Both the position numbers and the translations under genes were made by a program. Of a stretch of 64,000 bases of DNA, positions 37,875 to 51,957 are shown piece by piece. The stretch is from Dimorphilus gyrociliatus (taxonomy: Eukaryota > Animalia > Annelida): contig CAJFCJ010000013.1 in assembly GCA_904063045.1 (NCBI GenBank), positions 1,470,156 through 1,534,155 of the forward strand. Direction: 5' to 3'. The notes below the pieces were generated by a model that ran no database searches, was not told the DNA's origin, and was given only the letters and a program-made list of their open reading frames with translations. Numbering within the stretch: position 1 is the first letter of the stretch; every line of letters starts with the position of its first letter.

Positions 37875-39109
37875 ATCCTGTAGACACCTGACAATTATCT
37901 TTTTCACAGATTTTAGCAATATGTTCCAAATATTTTTCCTCTTTCTCTCTTTCTTTCTTTATCTTTAGCTCTCTTCCTTGGAAATCCTACATTCCGCTGA
38001 ACAAATTGTACAGCTGTTTAAAACTTTTCATCAATCGGAACCGCCTTTCATTTGGGTTGAGAGTGGACGAAAAACTTGGGGATATTTTAGTTATTGTTTT
38101 TACTAATTAGTAAAAAAAATAGGATGAAAGGGTATATTTTACTGAGAAAGAATGAAATATTTCACTGATTAACTCATCAAACCGTCATTAACAAACATTA
38201 TTGCCTAAGAGGCAAACTATATTTTCTCATTAAATTCCTCTGACATCTAATAAACTCGAGGGCAAAGCAATAATCGAATACTAATATTATATTATGTTTC
38301 ATTGCTTTTGTTAGGTTGTTATTTGTTAAAAGTTAAGAAAACTTCTGAACTATAAAGAAAAAAAAAGGGGAACGAGAGAATAAGGGAGAAAGACAACATC
38401 GGAAGATAAAATTCAATAAAATAAAACAATACTCCTATCCTAATTAAAATGAACGAACGTACGAACTAAAAGGTAGAGAGACTATCTACACCGAGTAGGA
38501 ATAGATAATTATGCGAAAAGAAGAGAAAGGGAGAAGGAAATTAAAACCTTTAGATTTGCTCCTTCCTTATCAAACCGCTTTTGCCAATTATTTTGCATAA
38601 AAAAATACGAAGATTTTTTATGTATATATATATATGTGTGTATTATTCTATTTTATTAGTATATTATATGTAATTTCTATTTTATTCCTTTATCTGCACC
38701 CTTAAGCAGAAAGATTTTGGTTCAATGATTTCAATGAAAGAGCTGGCTTTTGAATATTGCCTTTTTTTAGCTTATTTAGCAGGAAATCATTTTCTAAAGA
38801 GTACCATTTCTTCCAGACGATGTAAAGATTATTTATTTCGAAATTTTGTTTAATAATTACTTTTTTTTTATGAACATTGATATCTAAGATTTTGTCTGTC
38901 AACTATTAAAAAAAAGTGTTACATTGATTAGTCATTTTTTTTAACGACATTGAATACATTTTCGTTGGAATGCGATATAAAATCTTTATACTTAGCAAAA
39001 GAACGCTTTAATTCGTATTCAATGAATCATTCTTAAATATTTGTCCTATTTCTTAATATAATAATTAACCTAATTAGAGAGTTTTATCAAACTTACAATA
39101 TTAATTGGA

Positions 39110-39710
39110 TTAGTATGTTTCTATCTGTCTGAATTAACGATTCTGCACTCCTTCCAAGAATTCATCAACATCTTCAGTAATATATTCTGTATCATTAAAG
39201 ATAAATCCATCTTATGAGGTTAAGTCTATTCTTAATTGTCCCTTCTTAAACTTTACAGTATTGATTACCCTTTTTTGAAAGTTTTTTGCAATATATAAGG
39301 TATTAACGATTTCTTTCAAAGGATAATTAATTAAGAACTCTGAATTTCGTTCATGCGATTAATACCATAGAAAAAAATTTAATAATCTATAAAACGAGCT
39401 ATCGTACTTATTCATGCTAAAATTTATTTTCTTTTACCTCTTCCTCCCATATTTTGTAGATACCTAAGTCATAGATGTTTTTAAAAATAACCTTCGTGTC
39501 TTAAACCTTATTATTATATGACATTTTATATACTCCTATAACATCTTGTAATCTTATTACTCTTGCATTTTGAATCTGATTAGGTGTATTTTGTATCTTA
39601 TGATTTTCGTACTTTAGAGCTTTAATGCTAAGCTTGTCATATTGTCATATCATTACATTTATCCTCTTTCAAGTTTTAACCTGTAACTAATAATATAATA
39701 TTTTTGAAAT
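39110..39710 (-). pseudogene. Possible decayed coding fragment, family unresolved
   Basis: HERNSEFLINYPLKEIVNTLYIAKNFQKRVINTVKFKKGQLRIDLTS*DGFIFNDTEYITEDVDEFLEGVQNR*, with an internal stop and upstream splice-like sites. Confidence 0.25.
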
Positions 39711-40054
39711 ATATCAATTAGTCATAAACCTCGTTTTCTTATGTTTTCCATATTTTTAGTTGAAAGTACCTAGTTTACAATGTCAAATAGTAGATTAGCA
39801 GAGAGCGAGCGAGCAAGAGAGAGAGAGAGAGAGACAGAGAGACAGAGATGAATGAGTAAAAGGAAACAAAAATTGAATTAATGAAATAAAATGCCAGCTT
39901 CTCCGTACTCGACAGCATAATTCAGAAAGGAGATAAAAGACTTTTGTTTAAAGAGACTTTACAACGGAAGTTGATAATTTTCCATCTTAAATCTGCATTA
40001 GTAAATATTAAATTGTTTTGTATTATTATTAATGGAAGAAAATGAGAGAAAATT

Positions 40055-40795
40055 TTATAAAATTGTATCTTTTGATTTATCAAATTCTTCTTTTTGTTTT
40101 TCTAAAAGTTTTTCAACATCTTCAATAGTCATTTTACCACTTTTAACATTATTAACAATATCTCTTCCCATTGTTGCGATAAATAGTTTTTCTTCTGTAA
40201 GCTCACTTTGTTTAACATCTTCAACTTTGTAGGATACATAAGGTTTTAACTGTACAATAAAAAGAGAATAAAATATTATCTTATTGCAAAAAAAAAAGTA
40301 TTATTTATTATCGTTTACATAGAGGTATTAGAGTTACAATTATATGCGTTTTTACGATGCATTAATCGTCATATTTTTTATTAAATGATATGGATCTAAT
40401 TATATTTATTGCCAAATTATTTTATAATAATTTTTTCTGACCTTGAAATTAGTTAGATCGGGAACAACAAACTCAGGAACCATTTCTGGGACGTGGACAA
40501 ATTTTCCATTCTCATCGATATACCCTTGCAATTGGGGGGTATTTTCTGTTAATTAATAATTGTAATAACGAATTTATAGAGTATATGTATCAATTAATCC
40601 ACCTGTATCTCCTAATTGTTGTTCCATATATTCACTACCGCCTTCTTTAAATCGACTAGCATCTTTAGTAGATATAGGAAATCTTGGATCAAAAGGCTTT
40701 TTCCCTTTGTTAAATCCACTAAAAAGTATATTTGTTGTGCATATGTGTCGTTTGAAAGCAGTATTTAATAGAAGAATTGATAGTTTTCTTGACAT
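40055..40795 (-). CDS. MRPL41: Mitochondrial ribosomal protein mL41, 3 exons
   Basis: Mitochondrial-type leader; exons join to give ...GYIDENGKFVHVPEMVPEFVVPDLTNFK/LKPYVSY, the mL41 signature. Confidence 0.9.
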
Positions 40796-41365
40796 AGTTG
40801 TCTCACGTGCGAGATTTAACCTTGACTTTGATAAGTACAGGCCCGCATAAAAAGCGGAGGAAATGCAAAAATTATTTTATTGCAACCCTATAAATATCTG
40901 TTGTATATTTATGTGCAATTGGGGAAAATATTTATTTTTAAAGACAAAAATTATTCCTGGCTCCAAGGTTTCCCCGGAAATAGTTTTGCATCACGTGAGT
41001 AGTGAAACCGCGTAAACATTAAAAAAGTTGAGAAGTTTATCCAAATTACTCGTCTAGTGAATTAAATAAGAGAGCTGTTGGGAGATATCAGCATTATATG
41101 GGACAGTCCACGGTGTTGGAAGATAAAGTTCGTGTTTGTACCTTCTCACTACTGACTTGCTTAAAGAGCACTTTTATTTTCAAAACTCTATGATTGAATC
41201 GTTAGAATAATAATTTTTCGATAAAATCACGTTTTATGGACAGAATTATAACTAGCATGCGAATTAACAATCAAGTTTTTGGCACGAATATTTAACAATA
41301 TAAACATGTACAGGCACGTCTTTATATGAAAAGTAGTGGATCAACGAACCGATCAGCATGTCAGT

Positions 41366-44300
41366 ATGAAATTTGCTCAGAAAAACAACATGTCGAATGG
41401 TGCGAAGCAAGAAAACGCACAAGATGCAAAAATGTTATCTTTTGTTGAAGTGAAATATCACGAGCCAAAAGAGCCTATTGAAAAATTGGTGCTAAAACCC
41501 CGTCAAGCCACGACTTCCGTCCCAAATCCACCACCCTCCGGTCCACCGTCCAGATCGTCCAGATCAAAAATAGAAGAAATGAAACATATTATTGCAAAAT
41601 TAAAAACTGATCTTGAGAATGAAAGAATAAGATCCCGTCAAATATATAGAGATAAGTTTACAGAGATTAGCAAAGTTAAAGAGGACTCTAATAGAGTTAA
41701 AGAGCTGGCTATAAAAGACTTGGAGAAAAAATTTTCTATAGAAAAAGCAATAGAAGTACAAAAAGTTAAGGAAAATATCATTAAAGAGAAGGATAACGAA
41801 AACCGGTACGTGAGCCTGAAATTAATTATTAAATAAATGCGTCTATAACTAAGTTAAATGTTACTCTAAATTTCGTTGAATCTCGTTAAGTTAAGCATAT
41901 TAACAGAGATTCACTCTAAACTAAGAAACATTAAATCTTCGTTTCGTACGCCTTCTAAATTAATATTATAATTGAAAGAGACTAATGAAATGAGTTTATG
42001 AGTAAGCGTTACCGTTTCTTTTTTAAACGTTTACAGGCGTTTAGTTAAGGAAAAGGAGGATGAGATAAGGAGGCTGAAGTCGAGTCTAGTATCCGAAAGG
42101 GAAAGAGCCGTTAATGCAGCGATACAAATTCAAAAGAAATCCTTAAGGGAACAACATAACGCAATCCTAAACCGTTATAAAATACTCCAGGATGAGGTTG
42201 ATAGCTTAAAACGAGATAAAATCGTTCTGAGCGAGAGATTAACTGAAAAGGAACGGGAAATTTTGAAGGTTAATCCTTTAACATCTACCCCAAGGTCTGG
42301 TACTTACAACCTTGATGGAGAAGAGGATACGATTAAAAAAGCCGTAAGTTCTACAATGCCTTATTATCTCTTTCCTTTAAATTAAATATGTTTAACTTCA
42401 TTTATACATCATCTTAATTCACTTAAGATTATCCCGAGATTAAAAATCTTTATATCTCGAGAGGATAGTTTACTTTGGTTTGCTTAAATTAATAAACTAA
42501 TAGGATAATTGAACATCCAGTAGATGTCGCACGCATCGTTCATATTCTTTATTCCTTTTTTTGAGTGGGTAAATCAACGAAAACCGTAGTTATTGATTTT
42601 AAAAAATAAAATAAATATAATGTGGGCAACATGTGCAAAAATCTATCTGCATAGTAAGATATTAAGTTGTACCGTTAACTCGAATGGATTAATAGTTTAC
42701 TAGTAATATTCTATTGAAAAATAATCGAATTATTATTGACTCTTAATTACTTATGAAAGGAAGGATTTCTAATCTTTATACATGAATAGAAATGAAAGAA
42801 ATGTTTACAGGAATTACATAATGACCTATCCCGCTGTTTCTCAACGATTTATTGATAGTATACAGTCAGGCGTCCAGGGTGCTAATCATCGAGTAAGTGG
42901 TATAGTAAATATTAGGTTAGGAGTTCCTATTGCCTGTGCAATATGACTTTTTACAATATTGATAGGAAATTTATAAGGTGCTCTGTATAGGTTGTTCGTT
43001 CTTTTCAGCTTCTGTTGGCTATTTTTTATTATTAAGTTGAAAATTATTCATAACTATCTCTTTTTATATTTTATTGAATTACCATCATATTTTTTAATGG
43101 ATATTTTTCAATAAACGTGTTTAATTATGGCACAAGATGTCCGTTTAAGGGATACGGATATTGAAGAGGATAATATCAGCTGGAATGATGATTATATCGG
43201 TTCCGGTGATGAGGCTAGTGAAAAACCTAATATTACCTATGAGAATACTGTTGACGCTGCTTTAGAAGCCTTACACACTAGTTTTAACAACGTAGAAGGA
43301 CATTCATTATCAACATCCGGTATATCTAGTACCGAACAGGTGGATAAACAGGTGGATATAAATGACGAACCGCTAGACGTTGAAGATGACGGTGACAGTG
43401 AACCCAATAGATTTTCCTCTTGGCTACCTTTAGAATATTATAGGGAGGATAATGTTTTACCTAGAGAAATCGATATCGATAAGGAGGAGAACGACGAAGA
43501 TGAATTATGGTTTGTTTTCGATCAAAAGGAAGATAAGGTCACGCCTGAGAAAAATTCAAAGATAAATAAGAAAAAGACTACTTCAACTCCAACTGTAAAG
43601 ACTACTAAAAGCTGGGAGATTAGGAGGCAAAATAACGTTAAGGTCTCTTCGAATACTAAGAATTTGTTGCCCAGCTATTCTATAACTTTTATTTATATAT
43701 TCTCTATTTTAACTAGGCCTAAAAATTAGTTAGGAAACCTAATCACGTACTGGTATCTTTCTCCCTCTTTCCTCTGCATCTCTCACTCTCACTCTCTTTC
43801 TCTCTCCCTCTTCCCCTCGCCTTTTACCAAAAAAAAAAAATTTTGTTTTTTTGTTTTTAAAAGCTTATTGATTTATACTGCATTATAAATAATGTATAAG
43901 ACAAAAAGAAATCGACATTGGTAGCCTTCCGAGAGGCAAATTTATGTCAATTGGCGTACTCCATAATGTTACCGTGAGAAATCTGCATCAGTTTCAACTC
44001 GGACAGGGACAGATAAATTTACATTTTGTATTTATTACATATGATTTATAGGTGGAAGGGATAACAGAAAAAATATATAGTAGACTTCTATATTTAGGTG
44101 ACAGAAGGAGAAAGCGAGAGAGAGAGAGAGAGACATGTGATTTCCCCTATTCCCAAGTAGTCTTCTCTTTTAATACTTTCAGCGTAGGTTTAATTTGTCA
44201 CGTGGTATTATGAAACACTAAAATAGTTTTTTCAAGAAAAACTTAATATTTGATTTGGCTTATTGAAAGAGTTTATGCAAGCAGTTTTCTCATTTTATTA

Positions 44301-46143
44301 TATTCCCTTCATTTCTTGAGTTTTTAAAAAGAAAAAAAAATATAAGGGTCTGAACTATTTACATATTTCGCTATTGTCTATTAAATTGCAGTTGGATGTT
44401 TGTATTAATGTTTACATTACATTGATATCTACTGCAATTTCTTTATATAAGCAAATTATGTACGTATACTATTATATATATTACGTATACATACTCGTTC
44501 ATTTTCCTTCTATAATCTCTTATTGTAAACGGAGATTAGATTTGTTGTATAGAATATCGATATCGATCTTTCGACTAGTATTAATCCTTTAGCTTTAAAA
44601 AATAAAGAAATTTTTTTAGGATATACCGTATAGTAGTTCTTCCTCTCCTCTCTCTCACTCTGCTTTTAAATTATATTTTATTTGTTTGTTAGGCGAAAAA
44701 AGCGTTGGAAGATGAGAAAGCTGAGAAACAGTTGAGGAAAAAAGTAGCGGATTTGACGTCACAAGTATCGACTCTCGATAAAAAGGTTCGGGATTTGAAA
44801 TGCGAAAACGAATCCTTGGTAAATAGAAATTTAATTAAATATTAATTATATATACACTATGCATAGTTTTTTCCTTATGAATATGCATATATTAAATATA
44901 AATTAAAAATACCTGAAGCATATAAGCTTTTAATAAAATTTATATACTAATAAATATATATATATATATACACAGTATATCTATACATTTAATTGTCTTT
45001 AGAGGAAACTTGCTAATGAAGTGAAACCAGCTGAGGACAAGATACAAAAATTGAGAAAAAGAAACTCCGAACTGGCAGCTATTTCGAGGAAACTTGAAGA
45101 TAAAAGTAAACATCTACAAAAGGTTATTATTAATAATTAATATATATTAAATATTTTTACGACTCTTGCTTATATTAAAAAACTATAGGAAACCAAAAAA
45201 TATATATATATATATAGTATTTGAATAATGTATCCTTTATTATATAAACATTTAATATTTTTTCTTCTTTATATATCTATATAAATATATATTTATGTCT
45301 TTTATACCTTTAAGCACTCTCTGCCCAAACTCGTAGCTATACCAGTTTCTTCTCTCGCCCTATTAACCTTATTTTCTTTTTCTTTATTCTATTGTCTTTA
45401 TTTCTCTCATATTTAATTACTTTTATCTTTTAAACTCTCTCTTTCTTTCTCTCCCCTTGTTTTTCTACATTCATATTTCTGTCTTTTAATTAGTTTATTT
45501 ACTAGAAAGTTATATGAAATGAAGTCTTTAGTAAATCTTTCTTACGTTTTTTATTATTAGCAAATGAGGCAAGTTTTCTCGTATTTCAATCAGAATATTG
45601 ACAATAGACAAAGTAGATGTTACTTTTTAACGATCAGATGATAGCAATCCAAGCCTAATTCTAGTTAAATACGTATTAGTCGTACAGGGAGAGAGAGGGA
45701 GAGAGAGAGAGATAGAAAAAGAGAGAGAGAAAGCCTGTACCTTGCTTACTGATATTTGCTGTATATGATATTGTGGACTTTACATTAAAAATATACTATA
45801 CATATGTATATTTAAATATTTGTATACATATATATATATTTACAATGTATACTGTATATATACTGTAATATATAAATGTAATTTGTAGAAGCATCTGATA
45901 GGCTTTGATTGTTTTTTAATTTTTTAACGGAAACACTTAATAAAAAAGCATCTTCTCTTTCTTTCTAATTAGCAGATGAGATCCAGGGATGGTGCATCAT
46001 CAACTGCTCATGATCCGAAAGACATGTCGGAAAAAGAGAAGGAAATAGTGGCTTTGAAGAAAAAACTATACGAATTAAATTCTATTTTAAGTAACTCTCA
46101 ACCAAATTTACAGGTTAGTTATCTTATTGATTTAAAATGAGAA

Positions 46144-46181
<38 letters not shown>

Positions 46182-47895
46182 ACGGGGAAAAAAATGAGCG
46201 AGTGAATGAATTACTTAAGAAAGTGAGAAAGAAGAAAAAAATTCAAGAAGATTGATGATTAAGAAAGGCGAATTACCTATTCTCTTCTTTGTTCTTTATC
46301 CTCTTCTTCTAACCTCATCTTATTATCTTCCTTTCTTACTAGGATAGTGTATATTACTCTTTTTATTCCAACTGGGGTCGGTTACCACCAATATTATATT
46401 ATAAATAATTAGTGTTTCCCAATTTGTTAATACCTATATTTAGTCAAATATTACGTCGGACAGCAATATTGCACGGATATAATTCCCCTTCCCTTTTTTT
46501 TTCATATCCTAAATCAATTCTAGATACTATCCTGTGGACCAGTTTTAGTTGATCTAAACTCAAATTACTTGTAATTAGTGGCCTATATATGTTTATTCTC
46601 GACAGGCCTGTTTAAGAATTGGTATCCATTCTTTAAAATAATTTAAACTGGGTAGGCGGGGGAATTGAGAGGGGGTGGATAAAAGAGGATAACACCAATA
46701 AAAAAGGAGTGGGTGAAGGAAGATAGATGATAATAAATATTTATCTAAAAGAGGATTTATCGATTATATGATTCTGTTTCGAAGATTAACTGTTTAAGTA
46801 TTGGAATAAATATTTTCATCATTGTCTCATTTATTCGCTGTTTCTTGTTAAACAATCAACCAATAAACTCTTGCCTTTTACTCTCTGTCCTAACCCCTTT
46901 TCAGCTCATTCGATAACTCCTATCGAATCCTTTTACGTAAGATAAACGAGATAATCGGAAGAGATTATACAATATACAATCTATTATAATTTTTTGGTCT
47001 AAATAAAGAGAGTTATAAATATAAAACAAAGTGATTCATGTTGATTTATTCGTTTTAATCGCTTTGTTTTATTGAATTTCTAAGCATTTTTATGAATACA
47101 TTTCCTTATAAATATTTAAAATATACAATATAAAAAATCATATACAAAGTTTAATTTGTTAATCTCTATCCCTTCCTTTCCCCTCTTTCCTACGACGATT
47201 CATTTACCATTTTGTCTCTCTCTCTCTCGCCTCTCTTTTCTCAAGTTTATAATTTACAGCAAAACACAAAGAAAAGTAGTAATTTCGTTATATTTTTATT
47301 TTCTTCGAAAGGTTTTAGTTACAATTATTTATTGTCATGTTTGTCATGATCTCGGTAAATTTTTGTCTTTTTTGGTTAAAAATGTCGCTAATACAAAATT
47401 ATCTTATAAATATTCAATTTTGTGTTTTTATATGCATGTTAAAGTTTTTACATTTTTTTCTTATCTTATTAATCTTTCTATGTTATAGAATCCAGAAGTA
47501 TATAATAGTAATGGAGAATTGGAGGCCGTATTAAGGCAGCTATCTCGAGAAAAATTAGAATTGGAAAGACAATTAGCCAGAATTAACGTAAGTGCTCCGT
47601 TCTCTCTATTTCTCCTTTCCTTCCCCCCTCTCCTCTTCTCTCTTTCTTTCTCTCTCTCTCTCTCTCTTTCTTCCCTCCTCTTGTCTGTCGTTTCTTTATC
47701 TTCTCAATTTTATGACGGTTTGGACAATGAGACGATAGTCGCTGTGATCTCTTAATTTCCTATTTTTGTTCTCCTAATTGATTTCAACTCTTGGTGAAAA
47801 TCTTTTTATTAAAAGAAGGGGGAAAGGTTTTTTCGACGAGTCAAGTATTTATTTAATAATCCTATGTGCATATATGTATGTACATATACATATAC

Positions 47896-47931
<36 letters not shown>

Positions 47932-49639
47932 TTCGATATCAGCTTATCTTATCGTTTATAACATACATATACATACAACAACTCTGTGCAAACTCAGTTA
48001 ATTAGGAGAGATTGCATGAATATTTCTAGTTGGTGGCGTTGTCGGCGGATAGGTGGACGTCAAATTGTTCGTGAACGTAGCGTTGCTAACTTGGGTCGTC
48101 CAAAAATGAACGGATTTGATATTAAGTCTTCTGCAATCGCTTTTAAGTTGTTTAAGGTTCCGGCAACGTCCATTAGGATATTAATTTCTTATTCACTTCA
48201 GTTCTTTAATCTTGCTCCCTGCTTCGCAGGTCAACTCCTCAAATAATAATAACAACACTACAAATACAAATCCTGACCGAATAAAAGTTTTGGAGGAAAG
48301 TAATACAGCTCTGCAGAAGCATGTACAGCAATTATTGCAGGATTCTCGCCAAGCCCAGAAACTTGTAAGTATTCCTTCTTTTTTCCTTCTCACTTCTATT
48401 ATTTTCCTCTTCGTGTCACCTACACTTTGTTTCTTTCTCTCTGTCTAACTTTCCTTCCTTTCTCGTCCTAGCCCATTTGTATTGAACCCCTATTATTCAC
48501 GCAGTCTTTTCCCGGAAGCGATTACTTATTAATTAAAGTTATTTAACCAAATGGTGTTTAGTGATATAGTTCGCTGTTCTTTTTTTAAATGTCCCATATA
48601 ATTCTTAATAAAAAGCGCGATCAATGTTGATGATGAGGTCATGAAAATAATGGGCGTTCTGTGACGCCGTTCTCTTGAAGTAATTTATGAAATATGAATT
48701 TCAATCGATTCTATTATATGGTAGTCTATTTTTACATAATAATCTAGAAATATATCAAAAGAGGCGCTTAATCGTCATTATAGTATTTGCGTCTAGGAAG
48801 CAGTTTTCTTTATTCTTTACTGCATGTAAAAAACAGCTCTCTAAACGCCTTTCTCTCTTAATCGTACAAGATTTGAAACAATAAAAGTTTGTAAGGGTTC
48901 TTAAGCCTTTTGTACATTTCTTCCTGTTTCTTTCCACTTTGATATCGTTTTCTTTATGCGCGTATTGCTTATCTCGAATCTCGTTGAGAATTGTTTGTCG
49001 GATACTCAACAAATTAGGCCTGTTCTATCCATACTTTTTAGAATTCTCTTTAAGCGGATGAGTATATAGATAGAGTGAGAGAGAGAGAGAAGGAGATGTA
49101 GAGAAAAAATAATATAGGTTATTACCTGCAATTTATTGATAATAAATGATTAATAATTGACAATTTCATTAATAGTCAAATAACAAGGGATGATTTACAA
49201 TTTGAAAAACCTTTTCTTTTTTAAAAGCTAACGATATACCAGTTTAAAAATAGTTACATAAGTAAAGAATTATTTAGAAAAGAAGTACAAACGGAAATCA
49301 TACGCATTTCATATGTAAATTACATCGTAGAGGAATATATACATAAAATTATTTTATATTTAAATATATGAACGGAAAATTTTGTCTATAATTTCCTTTT
49401 TCTTTCTCTCTTTCTTTTTAACTAAAAAAAAAAAAAGAAATTATATTTGAATTAAAAAATGTCTATATAAATTTATATATAAGAAGATTCTCGGCTTAAA
49501 AATAAATATGTAATTTAAAAGAGAATGAGAGAGAAAGGGAGAAAGGCGAGAAAGACGGATAATGAACTTTTTTCGTTTTTTTCTTCTTTTTATTTCTTTA
49601 TTTAAATAGAAGTTATTATATATTAAGTACATACTATAT

Positions 49640-49681
<42 letters not shown>

Positions 49682-51918
49682 TAATTGATTTTTATTAATA
49701 TTTTACATCTCTAATATTTGTTAGAAATATCTTTTTTATATAAATATTGAATTAATAAACAAATTAAATTATTTCTATATCTAAAGGTGTAAAAAAAAAT
49801 TAGTGAATTGGTTTGTCAGGGTTTGCAATAGAGAAGCGGATAGAATAGATTTACTATTAATACACCTATGTATACTGTATATTTCGTTGTTTAATAGTTG
49901 TATAATATCGCATCGTGCTTATATATTTGTTGTATAACTAGTTTTTTTTTAATAGAATGATATTAATGGTAAAACAACGCTTCTAGAGTCGACGTCACAA
50001 ATCCGAAAAAAAAATTTATAGAATCTAAATAGCGTATTTGTTAATTTTTTTTAAAGAAAAAATTCGACCTATTTATACTCCATCGCATCCATAATTAGCA
50101 TATAATAGACTATGGTAGTTTATTTACAAGTACACTGAATTACAATTATAAATTGTACAGGATTAGTAGTCACGTTACACGGTTATTTGCATAAATATAG
50201 GGTTTTATATGCGTAAAATTATAGCTAGGGTAATGAGTTTGCATCCATAACCGTACGTCTATACCAAAAGTAAAGCGAAAATTGAACTATTAAATTGTAC
50301 TGGATATTTATGGTTGAATAAGCCTATATTTATAGAAATATTTCATCTATCGATCACTCGTAACTGCTATATATACTATATATATATACAGTATATATAT
50401 ATTTTGTTATTAGCATAAAATATTTAAATGCCAGTAGGTTTGTAGTTCCTTTCTTGGGGTAAAAAATAAAAGAAGAATGAGAGATATGCTCTTATTAAAG
50501 AGCATAAAGATATCGAGGGAAAAATAATCATAACTATAATAATATTAATAATAGCAATAATAATAATACATATGGAAAAAAATGAAAGGTTAGAAGAGAA
50601 AATTGATGAATTTATGTATACAATATTACACAGCATACATACATACATGCATGCATACATTGTATATTGTATACAAATTAATTTGTGATATAGATACGTT
50701 TAAAAATCTCGGGGCGCTGTTTGTCACCATCTATGGTTGAATGATTGACGAAGCGTCGATTTGCGTAAAGTCTTTTTAAATACTCGGCGTCGAGTGATGT
50801 ATTGAATTGCCTATGAAATATGTAGACTGATCGATTCTGGCATTTTTGTCGACTTGAGAAGAAAAACAAAATACTAATAATAATAGCAACGCGCCCTCTC
50901 TCTCCCTCTATCTTGGTCTCTTTCACCCTACCCCTTTCTCTTTTTCCTTTCTTTTTCATCGCACCTTTCTTTCTCCTAATCATTTGCTCTCAGTAGCTGC
51001 AAAAAAACAATGTTTTTTAATATATTCTAGATTTACCTCGTTTTACTCTATTTCTTTTATTTCTTTTGACTTTATAAACCTTCTTTGTTTTTTTTATCCA
51101 CCTACTTAAGTATATACATGGACATACATAAATCAATGCGTGCATAAATACTTGCATTCCTTCTCTTTTCTTTTCTTTTTTTTTTATCTCTCCTTTTAAC
51201 TCTTTTTTTTTTTGTAATTATTTTTTAACTCTTTGAAAAGCTTAATTAATGATACACGATCTCTTATATAACCTTGTTTTAAGTAATGGTTTTATTTTTA
51301 TATTTCGTGCTATTATTAATACTTTCGATCATTCATAAAACATATGAGGTATATGGAGGGGAAAAATAGATAATAAATGACTAATGAGTCGATTTAACAA
51401 TATACAACATCATTTATGGGTGTTTCGTTACGTTGTAATAAAGTTTTCTTTCTATCATTTAAAAACAGGAAACGGAATTGGATAGACGGAAATTAGAAGT
51501 AGAAGGTCTAGTACAAGAACTTGAGTCAGTTAAGAAGATGTGCTCTGATTTGGTTAGCCTTTTTTTCTCTTCTTCCCCTAGTAACCTTTTTTAACCTATT
51601 TGTTTTACGCTCTATTATTTATATACAAATAACTCTATATTTACAAACAATATACTATAAAATTAAGTTATTGTATTATTATGCTAATTAGCCTACTAAG
51701 AACTTTGTAGTATTTTTTTTTCTTTTTTAAAAGATATTAAATCTTAATAATCTACATACGTTTAACTATATTAATAATATATTCCACTTTTTTTCCATTG
51801 TTCTATGCATATTCACAACTTATTTATTTACTTAAATGAATTTCCGTATATAGGAGAGTGAACTAAAAAAAGGAAATACAGAGAAAACCAAGTTGGTTTG
51901 CCAATTATCAGAGGTAAG

Positions 51919-51957
<39 letters not shown>

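Noticed and set aside
41098-41154. MGQSTVLEDKV as a further upstream RIM-BP first exon
   Set aside because: No convincing in-frame acceptor with a polypyrimidine tract joins it to the 41366 frame.
48625-48700. Box C-like ATGATGA in a RIM-BP intron suggesting a C/D snoRNA
   Set aside because: No box D (CTGA) with a terminal stem at a suitable distance.
49982-49993. TCTAGAGTCGAC, identical to the XbaI-SalI part of the pUC polylinker
   Set aside because: Only 12 bp match and the flanks are not vector-like; chance occurrence.
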